Shown piece after piece: positions 1-10,100 of a stretch of DNA of 64,000 nucleotides. The stretch is taken from positions 512,001 to 576,000 of the forward strand of contig CAXXDQ010000007.1 of the NCBI GenBank assembly GCA_963664325.2, given 5' to 3'. The position numbers and the translations under genes were made by a program. The stretch is from Desulfomonilia bacterium (lineage in GTDB: Bacteria > Desulfobacterota > Desulfomonilia > UBA1062). The notes beneath the pieces are model-generated. The model was not told where the DNA came from. It saw only the letters and a program-made list of their open reading frames with translations, and searched no databases. Numbering within the stretch: the first letter of the stretch is position 1; each line of letters opens with the position of its first letter.

Positions 1-226
1 GTTTGGGCATTATCCTTGAATCCGAAAATACCGATCTTACCAGCCCCAGGCCTTTGTGATATCTGATGTCATGACCGTCTGACGCTGCAATTCCAGCGCT
101 TTCCTGGCCTCGATGCTGAAGGGCGTAAAGCCCCAGATAAACCTTCTCAGAGGCATCCTCATCGCCATAAATACCTACTACTCCACAGTATTCCTTCAGT
201 ATATCGTCCTCAATTATTGTATCCAT
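1..226 (-). CDS. purF: amidophosphoribosyltransferase, 5' part (runs off window start)
   Basis: Not in the ORF track. Manual translation from ATG at 226 gives MDTIIEDDILKEYCGVVGIYG...LGLYALQHRGQESAGIA: Ntn catalytic Cys after a short propeptide plus the QHRGQES motif. Confidence 0.93.
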   Translation of the reverse strand, partial: MDTIIEDDILKEYCGVVGIYGDEDASEKVYLGLYALQHRGQESAGIAASDGHDIRYHKGLGLVRSVFSDSRIMPK

Positions 227-227
227 T

Positions 228-1043
228 TTACAGCCGGATTTCTCCTTTGAATGTGACATCCACGGCCCCTATCAGCCATACATCCGAGAATGAACCGTCT
301 CTTAATGTAAAGTCTACCATCAGCTCTCCACCGGGAACAATTACCTTTACAGGCCTGCCAGACACCCCCTGCATGGCAGCACTTATAAGGGCTGAAGCCG
401 TCGCCCCTGTCCCGCAAGCAAGAGTTTCATCTTCGACTCCGCGCTCATAGGTTCGAACCCTGATAGTTCCTTTATCTATTACCTGAACGAAATTTACATT
501 TGTTCCGGCAGGTTTGAAGGTTTCATGATAGCGTATTGCGCTTCCGAACATCTTTACCGAGACAGATTCGACATCATCCGTGAAGAGAACGGCATGCGGT
601 ACGCCTGTATTTATGAACTGCATAATGTATTCCATGCCCTTGATGTTGACCGGGATATCATTTTTCATGCCGGTAGGATCAGTGAGTTTAATTGCAGCAC
701 CGTCCTCGAACAGTTTTGCCTCGATTATTCCGGCAAGTGTCCTGAACTTCATTTCCCTGCCGGTAATACCCTGGGCTGCTGCAAAGCGGGCGGCGCATCT
801 CGAACCGTTGCCGCACATCTCGGCTTCACTGCCGTCAGAGTTGAAAATACGCATTGTAAAATCTGCGTCTGTTGCCGGCTCGACAAGGATTATGCCGTCA
901 GCACCGATCCCGAATTGTCTGTGACACAGCCTCAATGCAAGTCCGCTCAGGTCGGTTTTCAGGCCGAGGTCCATGTTATTTATCAGGACAAAATCGTTGC
1001 CGGTGCCAGACATTTTCACAAAGGGAAGCCAGTTATCACTCAT
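228..1043 (-). CDS. dapF: diaminopimelate epimerase
   Basis: KMSGTGNDF, EMCGNG, NTGVPH and ERGVEDETLACGTG motifs. Confidence 0.97.
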   Translation of the reverse strand: MSDNWLPFVKMSGTGNDFVLINNMDLGLKTDLSGLALRLCHRQFGIGADGIILVEPATDADFTMRIFNSDGSEAEMCGNGSRCAARFAAAQGITGREMKFRTLAGIIEAKLFEDGAAIKLTDPTGMKNDIPVNIKGMEYIMQFINTGVPHAVLFTDDVESVSVKMFGSAIRYHETFKPAGTNVNFVQVIDKGTIRVRTYERGVEDETLACGTGATASALISAAMQGVSGRPVKVIVPGGELMVDFTLRDGSFSDVWLIGAVDVTFKGEIRL

Positions 1044-1155
1044 ATTAAACTCCTTGCCTGCACAATGAAGCGTTTAAAAGAATGGGCCGTGGTGATAGTT
1101 TCGATTAACAGACCATTATATTCCGGTCAAGTGACAGTTATGTGCCAAGCGAGAG

Positions 1156-1173
1156 TTTAACAACGCTGTTAAA
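1156..1173. promoter_or_regulatory. perfect 7-bp inverted repeat upstream of dapF-purF, possible operator
   Basis: TTTAACA-ACGC-TGTTAAA in the intergenic region; regulator unknown. Confidence 0.3.
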
Positions 1174-1199
1174 ATCTGTCCGGATTAAAGCTATGTTTA

Positions 1200-2204
1200 T
1201 TAAAAACAGTACCCTCTTGTTATGAAAAAATTGATCTTGTCATAAAAGAATATAATGCGGTTGTTCAGTTCAAGTGTGGAATATATCTCAAGGGGGGAAG
1301 AAAGTATCCGTTTCTTTATGACGAAAAGCCATATTGATTTCCTGCTGAGAGCGAGCGCAGTCAGGATTTCCGGAAGCAGTTCGGTTTCCCTTTTAATATC
1401 CTTTCCAAATTCAATATACTTTCTGTAATTAATCTCGCCACCCTTTAGCCAAGACCTTACATCGCATAAAGCCATGTTATTCAGCTTGATCAGTACTTCT
1501 CTCAAGCGCTTCATCTCAGGCATGTTATCCATAACCTTGTTTATCCATTCACGGGATATTCCATCCATGTTCATATCAATCAGTTTTACCAGCAGGTTTG
1601 AAAGAAAGGCACTTGAGTCTTCTGCACTCATCGTAACATCTTCAATATTGGCTGTTTCAGGAAAAAGATGCCTGAAAGAATCCATCATTGCCCATGTATC
1701 CTTGTAAATATTCTCAAAAATCTCCACAGCCTTGTCGTTAGAAGACCAGGCAAGTTCCGGGAGGCCTTTTATGGGAAAGTATGCTGCATCGGTTGCGTCA
1801 TCACCTGGTGTGAGCATACCGCCTGTAATCTTGACCTCATATGTGACAATAGCCAGACTTCCATAAAAATAATTCTCGATCGTATCAACATCAATAAGTC
1901 TTACGATCTCTCCCCTAAGCCCTGTTTCCTCATATAATTCCCTCAAGGCCGCCTGGCTCACCTCTTCACCGGACTCTGCAAATCCTATCGGCAGGCACCA
2001 CATGTCTTTATAAGGGACTTTTTTCCTTTTAACGAGAAGCACTTCGCGGTTCTCATTTGCGACAATGCAGCAGGCCACAGGCAGTGGATTTTCATAAAAT
2101 ATCGTTTTACAGCTTTTGCAATAATCCCTTGGCCTGTTTTCAAAAAGCTTTCTCGTTACTGTCTTACCGCAATAGCAACAGTATTTTTTATGCTTTTTCA
2201 TCAT
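1200..2204 (-). CDS. Zn-ribbon Nudix hydrolase fused to a C-terminal helical, RsbRD_N/globin-like domain
   Basis: CxxC...CxxC ribbon; Nudix box GFAESGEEVSQAALRELYEETGL; about 140 extra helical residues at the C-terminus. Confidence 0.8.
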   Translation of the reverse strand: MMKKHKKYCCYCGKTVTRKLFENRPRDYCKSCKTIFYENPLPVACCIVANENREVLLVKRKKVPYKDMWCLPIGFAESGEEVSQAALRELYEETGLRGEIVRLIDVDTIENYFYGSLAIVTYEVKITGGMLTPGDDATDAAYFPIKGLPELAWSSNDKAVEIFENIYKDTWAMMDSFRHLFPETANIEDVTMSAEDSSAFLSNLLVKLIDMNMDGISREWINKVMDNMPEMKRLREVLIKLNNMALCDVRSWLKGGEINYRKYIEFGKDIKRETELLPEILTALALSRKSIWLFVIKKRILSSPLEIYSTLELNNRIIFFYDKINFFITRGYCF

Positions 2205-2262
2205 CCTCACCAATTTAAATTCTACCGATAATTTTGCATGATCTCAACTTTCGCACCCTCTT

Positions 2263-3387
2263 TTAAAGTCCCAGTCTGCTTTCAAGGTCAACAACCCCTG
2301 TCCCTCTGTCATAAGTTATTTCGGTTCCAAAGGGTTGGGATATTTCATGCAGATGCTTTATTATCTCTTCCGCTCGTTTATTTCTGGCGCAAGCCGGCCT
2401 GAACGTTACTTCATAATTATCAACAATAAGGGGATATATCCTGATGCCTGATATCCTGTTTTCTTTCAGAACTACCCTGGCTGCAAAGCTTACAGGTGTT
2501 TTTCTGCTGTAAGATCCGAATGCATAATTGCCAAGACTGTAGAAAACTGGCTTGCCTTTATAGATCTCAATTGGCTGTGGAACATGAGGATGATGTCCGA
2601 ACACCATATCCGCACCTGAATCTATTGCAGCGTGTGCCATTTTAATCTGGTATGGCTTTGGTGCATCAGCCAGTTCCGCGCCCCAGTGGAAGCTTACTAT
2701 TACTACATCGGCTTCTTTTCTGGTCTTCTGAACATCATCAATCACCGAATTTTCTTCCCCGTATGCAGCGCCTGCAGTGTCTGATGTTGCCCAGAATTCT
2801 TTAGGATAGGTCATGGAATAAGAAAGCAGTCCATAGGTAATACCGTTTCTTTTCAGGATAGCGGCCTTGCGGGCATGCGTAATGTCTGTACCTGCACCGG
2901 AACACGCCATGCCTGATTTCTTACAGTAATCAATGGTTGAATATAACCCGGGCTCATTATAGTCCATGATATGATTGTTGGCCAGTGAGAGCATATCGAA
3001 TCCGGCTTTCCTTAGAGCCTTGATCGATGCCGGGTCACCCCTGAATACGAACTTCTTGTTTTTGCATGCCGTCCCTGTTTTCGTCACCGGACATTCCAGA
3101 TTTGCAAATGACAGGTCGGCGTTCTTAATAAGTTTTGAAAGCACAGGGTCTTCGAACGAATAGCCATAACCTTTTTTTCTTAAAAGAGGTTTTGCGCTCC
3201 CGGATAGCATTATGTCTCCGACAGCAACAACTGTATGAATTTCCATGTCATCATTCTTGTGGGATGTTTCAGCGTTGTTGAAAATCGCCAAAACAAAACC
3301 GGCTGTGAGAAATATGAGCCTTTTTAATAATCGGTTCCAGCCGGTCTTGTTTTCATTTAAAAAGAAAATTTCGGATATTATCTTCAC
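2263..3387 (-). CDS. CapA/PGA_cap family metallophosphatase-fold protein
   Basis: VGDIML, NLECP, LANNHIMDY, SFHWG, GHHPHV and YSLGN motifs. Confidence 0.9.
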   Translation of the reverse strand: MKIISEIFFLNENKTGWNRLLKRLIFLTAGFVLAIFNNAETSHKNDDMEIHTVVAVGDIMLSGSAKPLLRKKGYGYSFEDPVLSKLIKNADLSFANLECPVTKTGTACKNKKFVFRGDPASIKALRKAGFDMLSLANNHIMDYNEPGLYSTIDYCKKSGMACSGAGTDITHARKAAILKRNGITYGLLSYSMTYPKEFWATSDTAGAAYGEENSVIDDVQKTRKEADVVIVSFHWGAELADAPKPYQIKMAHAAIDSGADMVFGHHPHVPQPIEIYKGKPVFYSLGNYAFGSYSRKTPVSFAARVVLKENRISGIRIYPLIVDNYEVTFRPACARNKRAEEIIKHLHEISQPFGTEITYDRGTGVVDLESRLGL

Positions 3388-4793
3388 CTGCTGTAGGCAA
3401 CAGTCGTTTTTGGATGATGCCTTGCATTTGCCTGGTAATGGGATTTTTTTCTGAGTTTGTGAGAAGAGTATTTCTTTGATTTTTCATTTCTTAAAGTTTT
3501 ATTCAATGTAAGCGGATTTACATATGCCCCTGATTTCATAACCCTCAAGTCAAGGTGGGGTCCGGTAGACATTCCAGATGAACCGACATAACCGATTATC
3601 TCCCCGCGTTTAACCGCTTTACCCTCTGTTATCTTTTTGGCAAAACGGCTGAGGTGAGCGTACTGAGATACATACCCGTCATAATGCCTGACCTGTACAG
3701 TCTCCCCGTATCCGTTTCGCCATCCGGTAAATATCACCTTTCCATACCCTATTGATTTCACCGGTGTGCCATAGGCTGCAGCATAATCCACCCCGGTATG
3801 ATGCTCGGGATTGCCCGTAACCGGATTTACTCTCCATGCAAATTTCGAAGTTATTTTCTTGTATGCCAGAGGAGCCTTCAGGAACTCACGCTTTGCAGCA
3901 AGTTTCGCTCTCAATAGCATCAGTTTTTGCCTGTACATAAGATTTCTGAATTTGTTTTTTATAGACTGAGGAGCATTGAATATTGAAGAATTGTTTAAGC
4001 CTTCATCATAGCTTTTGTCGGATACCTCCCAGGGTACCATTCCTGGTATAAAATCCAGGTCCGATGCCATCAGTTGAGCCGGCCCTGGAACAGTATTATT
4101 TACGGGTATATCTGTTTTTGTCTGAAGTTGATCTGCCATTTGTCCTTTCCGGACAGATGACACCTTCTGATTTAGGACCATTTCCAAAGCGACAGGCTTC
4201 GGTTTGAATGTTTCTATAACAGATGTTTTTTGCTCATTCCCGGTAAATTTTTCAACCCCTTGGGGAGTGTTTCTTGTGACTGATGCTTGTTTGACCGCAG
4301 CTACAGGCAGACCTTTTCCCGAGTATAAAATCCTTCTCTTCTCTTTTTTGAACGTATACCCAATCTCTGTTATTGCCGCTCCGTCTTTACTGTAAGTAAA
4401 GTCTAGTTGTCCTCCAGGTTTAATTTTCCTAAGCATCCTCCGGCCTATCTTCTTGGTAGCGGTAAGGGCATTACCTTCTGACACATTATACGTTTTCAAT
4501 ATGGAAATCAGAACATCTCCGTTCCTGATCTCATATACAGTTCTTCCGTATTCCGGCCGGGCTGATTCTGTATTTAAAAGACTCAACTGCCCCTTTTGGG
4601 GATATTCAGACAGCTTTTCTATGCTTGCCTGTGCTATCGAATTAATTAAAATAATAATTGTTGTTAATACTGTTATATTAAACCATTTTACTGATGGAAA
4701 TTCATCACTGCCCACTAATAACCTCCGCAACCTTTCTTTTAAAACATATATACCATTACTCAAGATTGCTTTGATTTTACAAACCATATACAC
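3384..4793 (-). CDS. M23 family peptidoglycan endopeptidase
   Basis: HTGVDYAA, YAHLS and STGPHL motifs; N-terminal hydrophobic segment. Confidence 0.9.
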   Translation of the reverse strand: MYMVCKIKAILSNGIYVLKERLRRLLVGSDEFPSVKWFNITVLTTIIILINSIAQASIEKLSEYPQKGQLSLLNTESARPEYGRTVYEIRNGDVLISILKTYNVSEGNALTATKKIGRRMLRKIKPGGQLDFTYSKDGAAITEIGYTFKKEKRRILYSGKGLPVAAVKQASVTRNTPQGVEKFTGNEQKTSVIETFKPKPVALEMVLNQKVSSVRKGQMADQLQTKTDIPVNNTVPGPAQLMASDLDFIPGMVPWEVSDKSYDEGLNNSSIFNAPQSIKNKFRNLMYRQKLMLLRAKLAAKREFLKAPLAYKKITSKFAWRVNPVTGNPEHHTGVDYAAAYGTPVKSIGYGKVIFTGWRNGYGETVQVRHYDGYVSQYAHLSRFAKKITEGKAVKRGEIIGYVGSSGMSTGPHLDLRVMKSGAYVNPLTLNKTLRNEKSKKYSSHKLRKKSHYQANARHHPKTTVAYSR

Positions 4794-4837
4794 TACTCAA
4801 AATTAACAAGTCAAACAAGGACGGTTTTGATTCATAT

Positions 4838-4850
4838 AATCAATAAGTTA
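4838..4850 (+). promoter_or_regulatory. IHF-consensus site in the divergent M23/desulfurase promoter region
   Basis: AATCAATAAGTTA matches WATCAANNNNTTR. Confidence 0.4.
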
Positions 4851-4900
4851 GCATATTTATTTACTTGATGTGTTTTATAAATTATCCTATGGAATATGAG

Positions 4901-6370
4901 ATGAAAATGGGCACGGAAATCATCTACCTGGATCACGCCGCGACTACGCCTGTGCATCCTGACGCGCTTGCGGCAATGCTGCCATGTTTCGGTTATCATT
5001 ATGGCAATCCAAGCAGTTTATATACTCTTGGGAAAAAAGCCGGGTCTCTTATTGATGAAGCAAGGGCGCAAACAGCAGCCCTGATAGGTGCAGAACCGGA
5101 AGAAATCATATTCACCTCCGGCGGGACAGAGGCCGACAATCTGGCAATCAGGGGAACGGCCTTTGCCCATGGGGAAAAAGGCAAGCATATTATAACCTGT
5201 GCAAGCGAACACCATGCCGTCCTTAATGCCTGCGAATGGCTTGAAGGCAGAGGATATACAGTCACATACCTTCCTGTTGACTCATATGGCGTCATCAATC
5301 CGGACGATATAAGAAGGGCCATTAAAAAAGACACAATACTGATCTCCGTTATGCATGCCAACAACGAGACCGGGACAGTGCAGCCGATTGAAGAGATCGG
5401 GAAAATAGCCAGGCAAAAAGGTGTTGTATTCCACACCGATGCCGTTCAGAGCACGGGTAAAATCCCGGTTGATGTAACCGGCCTTAATGTAGACCTTCTG
5501 AGCCTGTCATCACATAAAATATACGGCCCAAAAGGTGTCGGGGCTCTGTATGTAAGAAAAAGAACTGTTATTTCTCCTCTCTTTTCAGGTGGAGGTCAGG
5601 AAAAGGGCCTCAGATCAGGAACGGAAAATGTTACCGGAATAGTAGGCTTCGGACGCGCATGCAAGGCCGCACTGAACGATCTCCACCGTAATATTTCACA
5701 AGTCAAGGCTTTGAAGGATGGCCTTGAACAGATGCTGCTTGATAAACTGCCGGATGCCAGGATTAACGGCCATCCGACAGAGAGGCTGCCCCACATACTG
5801 AGCATTTCATTTGATGGAATTGAGGCCGAAAGCATAGTAGCGGCCCTGGATGCGCACGGGATATGCGCCTCTGCCGGAGCGGCCTGCACTTCAAAATCCG
5901 TAGAGCCCTCGCATGTGCTCACAGCAATGCGCGTACCGCCTCAGATGCTGTATGGGACAGTCAGGCTCAGCCCCGGCTGGGAAAATACAGAGGAACAGAT
6001 TTTGAAAACGGTTAATGTAATAGATACTGCTGTAAACGAATTCAGGGTTTTTTCCGACAAGGCCAGCGCCGATACATCTTACCTGTTGTTCCCTGACACC
6101 GTTACTGCTTATCAGGCTAAACTGGCAGTCAGTAAAGCAGGGATTGACTGTGTTTTCGCAGTTGTCCCGCCTCAGTTCAGATATCCATCCGCCAGCAACA
6201 CGGCTGTTGCTATTCCACGTTCAGGAAAAGCGATTTCATTAAAGACTTTATCAGGCATATCGCATGAGCCCGTGGCTGTTCATGATATCCAGGGTATTGG
6301 AAGGTATTCAAGGAATTCCCACCTGTCGAAGAAGGAGCATTCCTTCTGGGAGAATATTACCGGGTCTTGA
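4901..6370 (+). CDS. iscS: group I cysteine desulfurase (IscS/NifS-like) with a C-terminal DUF3343/Se-S-carrier-like extension
   Basis: YLDHAATTP, FTSGGTE, SSHKIYGPKG (PLP Lys) and SAGAACTS (catalytic Cys); about 100 extra residues. Start moved to ATG 4901. Confidence 0.85.
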   Translation: MKMGTEIIYLDHAATTPVHPDALAAMLPCFGYHYGNPSSLYTLGKKAGSLIDEARAQTAALIGAEPEEIIFTSGGTEADNLAIRGTAFAHGEKGKHIITCASEHHAVLNACEWLEGRGYTVTYLPVDSYGVINPDDIRRAIKKDTILISVMHANNETGTVQPIEEIGKIARQKGVVFHTDAVQSTGKIPVDVTGLNVDLLSLSSHKIYGPKGVGALYVRKRTVISPLFSGGGQEKGLRSGTENVTGIVGFGRACKAALNDLHRNISQVKALKDGLEQMLLDKLPDARINGHPTERLPHILSISFDGIEAESIVAALDAHGICASAGAACTSKSVEPSHVLTAMRVPPQMLYGTVRLSPGWENTEEQILKTVNVIDTAVNEFRVFSDKASADTSYLLFPDTVTAYQAKLAVSKAGIDCVFAVVPPQFRYPSASNTAVAIPRSGKAISLKTLSGISHEPVAVHDIQGIGRYSRNSHLSKKEHSFWENITGS

Positions 6371-6430
6371 CTTGGTAACGGTTATACGGGTAATAGTTTT
6401 GCAAGGTTATACTATCGCCAAGGAGATATT

Positions 6431-7057
6431 ATGAAATTCAGATTTTTACCTAAGGGCTTTGATTTCTTTACACTTTTTGAAAAACAGGCAAATTATGCAG
6501 TTGATGCCGCCAAGCTGTTTACAGAACTGGTTTTAAGAGGGGTTTTCGACAGTGAATCCGTACAGCGCATGCGTGAAATAGAGCATCAGGCTGACGAAGT
6601 CACGCACGACATTATGAAAAACCTTAACCAGACATTTATTACACCTTTTGACCGCGAAGACATTCATGCCCTGGCAAGTGAAATGGACAGTGTTATAGAC
6701 ATGATGTATACAATCGTAAACAGGATGAGCGTTTATAAAATCTCAGGTGTCAACCAGGACCTCGTTCAGTTTTCAAATGTGATCGAGCGTTCTGTCAGAA
6801 CCCTTGCAATGGCGGTAAAGAGTCTTAATAAGACAAAAAATTACGAGTCCACCCTTGAGGCCTGCATTGAAGTAAACAGGCTGGAAAATATCGGCGACAC
6901 GATGAGAGACACCATTATAGGCAAACTTTTCGAAACCTCCACAGATACTATATACATTGTAAAATGGAAGGAAATTTACCAGTTTGCCGAAAGCGTTCTT
7001 GATATATGCGAAGATGTTGCAAATGTGGTTGAATCAATAGTCGTAAAGCAGGCCTAG
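6431..7057 (+). CDS. DUF47 / PhoU-like phosphate transport regulator
   Basis: EHQAD, TFITPFDREDI, LENIGD and KWKEIY...LDICEDVAN motifs; AAGGAG RBS. Confidence 0.9.
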   Translation: MKFRFLPKGFDFFTLFEKQANYAVDAAKLFTELVLRGVFDSESVQRMREIEHQADEVTHDIMKNLNQTFITPFDREDIHALASEMDSVIDMMYTIVNRMSVYKISGVNQDLVQFSNVIERSVRTLAMAVKSLNKTKNYESTLEACIEVNRLENIGDTMRDTIIGKLFETSTDTIYIVKWKEIYQFAESVLDICEDVANVVESIVVKQA

Positions 7058-7116
7058 CATCTGCATCGATCAGTGTCTGATTCAACCGGTTTTGCACAGA
7101 TTTGATACTGTCTTAG

Positions 7117-10100
7117 ATGAACATAAAAGAATACACCCTTTCTAAGAAAGATGCCGAATCTCTTCGTGAGAGGGTTATAACCCTGGAAAATTCAATCAAG
7201 GAACTTGAAGATATCAGGCTGAAGTATGAATGCCTCTTCGACAGGTCTATAGAAAGTATTTATATCCACGATCTGAAAGGCAGGATGCTTGATATAAACA
7301 GGGCGGGTCTTGATCTTACAGGTTATGCAAAAGAAGAAATTCCAGGGATGAACTTGTCCGACTTCTTGAATGATAACCAGGTTAAGCAGGCCATTGACCT
7401 CATTGACGATGTAATCAATGAAGACAGCCCCATTCATCCTGTCGAGTTCAAGATCAGAAGAAAAGATGACTCCTGGCTGGTTGTCGAAGTATTTCCATCA
7501 CCTGTTTTTAAAAACGGAAAGCCTGTTGCAGTAATTGGTGTGTGCAGGGATGTAACCGACAGAAAGAATTATGAGGAGGCTATCCAGGAAAGTGAAAAGA
7601 ACTTCAGGGCCATCGCAGAAAACGCAGGGGCCGGAATACTTGTCATAACCGGTGAGGACGGCAGGTTTTCCTATGTAAACAGAATGTTTGCAGCCCTTTC
7701 AGGTTACAGCCTTCACGAACTCAGGTATAAGACAATAAAAGACCTGTCCCCGGCCGAAAATATAACCTCTCTTTTGGCAAGGCACAGTGCCATCCTCAAA
7801 GGCGGAACTTTTAAAAAAATTATCGAGGCCGAGCTTCTGCGAAAAGACGGAACTGTCATACCTGTAGAAATGATCGGCGCACGCACATCATGGAAAGGTG
7901 AGCATGCAGACCTTGTTCTGATATATGATATCTCGGCAAGAAGAAAAGATGCAGATTTATCCATCATTGACCATGAGGATCTTTATAAACTTGCTCTGGA
8001 AGCGGGCAAATTGAGATTCTGGGAATGGAATTCAAAAACAAATGAATTCCATACCCCTTCAGGAAGTCCAGATCATTCCGAATGGGGGTTCAAGGGCAGC
8101 GTCGAGGATTTTTTTAATTATATACCCGCCGAAGACAGAGAAATTATCAATCAGATCTACGATGAGGTCAGGAACGGCAAAGACCACTTTTCTTTCAAAG
8201 TCAGATTTTTCAGGGACAACATAAAGACAATATGGGGACAGATCGAGGGGAAAGTATACAGAGACAGCTCTGGCACAGCGGAAAGGGTTATCGGGATCGC
8301 GAAAGATGTTACCGAACAGGTTAGTGCGGAAGCAGAAAAAGCTGAGATGATACGTGAAAAGACCGAAATCCTGGATGCCATGGAAGAAGGGCTCATATCA
8401 TTCGATCTGAGCGGTAAAATCATTGAGGCAAACCCTGCCTACCTTAAAATGATCGGTTTTAAAAGAGAAGAACTCATCGGCATGTCCGGGCTCGAGATGA
8501 TATCAGAAACAGTCGAACATGAAGATGCTGAACGAATATTCGAACTTTTTCCTGATGCTGCATCCGGGAAAATGCTGCCTAGTTTCGACATTACTGTTTT
8601 AAGCAGAGATGGCAGGAAAACACCCGTTCATCTCACCATGTCGTATCTAAGAGACAGCACAGGCAAACCCCGAGGCATAGTGTTCTTTATAACGGACATC
8701 ACCTACCAGAAGAAAGCATGGGATCTTGTCAAATTCTCCCGTGATGAGCTCGAGTTCAGACTCAACGATGCCAATATCGAGCTGAAAGATACGATTGAAA
8801 TGCTTGATGAACAGATAAACAACAAAACCAGGCTGGAAGAACTAATCAAGCAGCAGCGTGACCTTGCCATAAGGCTTAGCGCGACCACAGATTATGATGA
8901 CCTGATCACCCATACCATGTCTATGGCAATGGGCATTCCCGGCATTGATTGTGCTGCAATCCATATAATCAACAGGGAAACAGGCGACCTGGAAATAAAG
9001 GCGCATGAGGGATTGTCAGAGGGATTTATAAATACCATTTCAAACTTCGGCCCGGACAGTTCGCAAATGAAGCTGGTCATGAAGGGGCTTCCCGTATATG
9101 GGCTTTATCCTCTTTTATTCCCAAACGTCTCAAAAGTGCGAAGGATGGAAGGAGTGAGGGGCTATGCCGTCATACCCGCCGTTTATGAAAAAAAGGCGAT
9201 CGCGGTCCTTACCATTGCTTCACGTACACTGGATGAGGTGCCCCTCTACGCAAGGGAGTTTTTTGAGACAATTGCGACGCAGGCCGGTGCCGCCCTGTTC
9301 AGGATGTGGACTGAAGACGACCTCAGAAAAAAGCACACCGAGCTCCTTGAAAGTGAGGAGAAATACAGGTCACTGGTTGAAAGCATGAATGAGGTCTTTT
9401 TCATTATAAACACTGAAGGGCTGATTACTTATCTGAGCCCTTCTGCTGGCAAGATAGTGGGTTATTCGAGAGACGAGATCATAGGCATGCATTTTCTTGA
9501 TTTTCTGCCCCCGGAGGACAGGAACAAAACCGAAAATCTTTTTTTGGATGCACTTTCAGGAAACTTCGATGAACGTGAATACAGGATACTCGACAAATGG
9601 GGAAATATCCGCTGGGTCCAGGTCTCAGTAAAGAAGTCTTACATCAAGAATCAGCTGGCCGGTCTTCAGGGCATTATCGCTGACATAACTCAACAGAAGC
9701 TTTTACAGCAGAGACTTGTCCTTTCTGAACGTATGGCGGCAACAGGCCAGCTCGCAGCATCCGTTGCCCATGAAATTAATTCCCCTTTACAGGCAATAAC
9801 CATAACGCTTTCATCCATGAAAAAGATGGCAAAAAGCACCCCCGATCTTTCGGAAGGCATAGACCTTTTAAAGGGTGCATTTGCAAGCATCAGCAGCACG
9901 GTTAAAAATCTGCTTGACCTTAACAGGCCTGGAATGGATGAAAAAAAGTTGTCAGACATTAACGATATCCTCACCAAGACGGCCTCTCTGGTAAATTCTC
10001 AATTAAAGCAAAACAAGGTCCGGGTTATAATGGAACTTGGAAAAGATCTGCCTTTGATAAATGTTTCCACTCAGCATGTGGGACAGGTATTTTTAAACAT

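Noticed and set aside
1133-1147. TGGCAC on the minus strand upstream of dapF as a sigma-54 promoter
   Set aside because: The -12 TTGC element is missing at the required spacing.
6368-6433. The desulfurase TGA is in frame with DUF47 across 20 open codons, suggesting selenocysteine or readthrough fusion
   Set aside because: No SECIS-like hairpin is evident after the TGA, DUF47 has its own AAGGAG RBS, and the linker looks non-coding; chance is sufficient.
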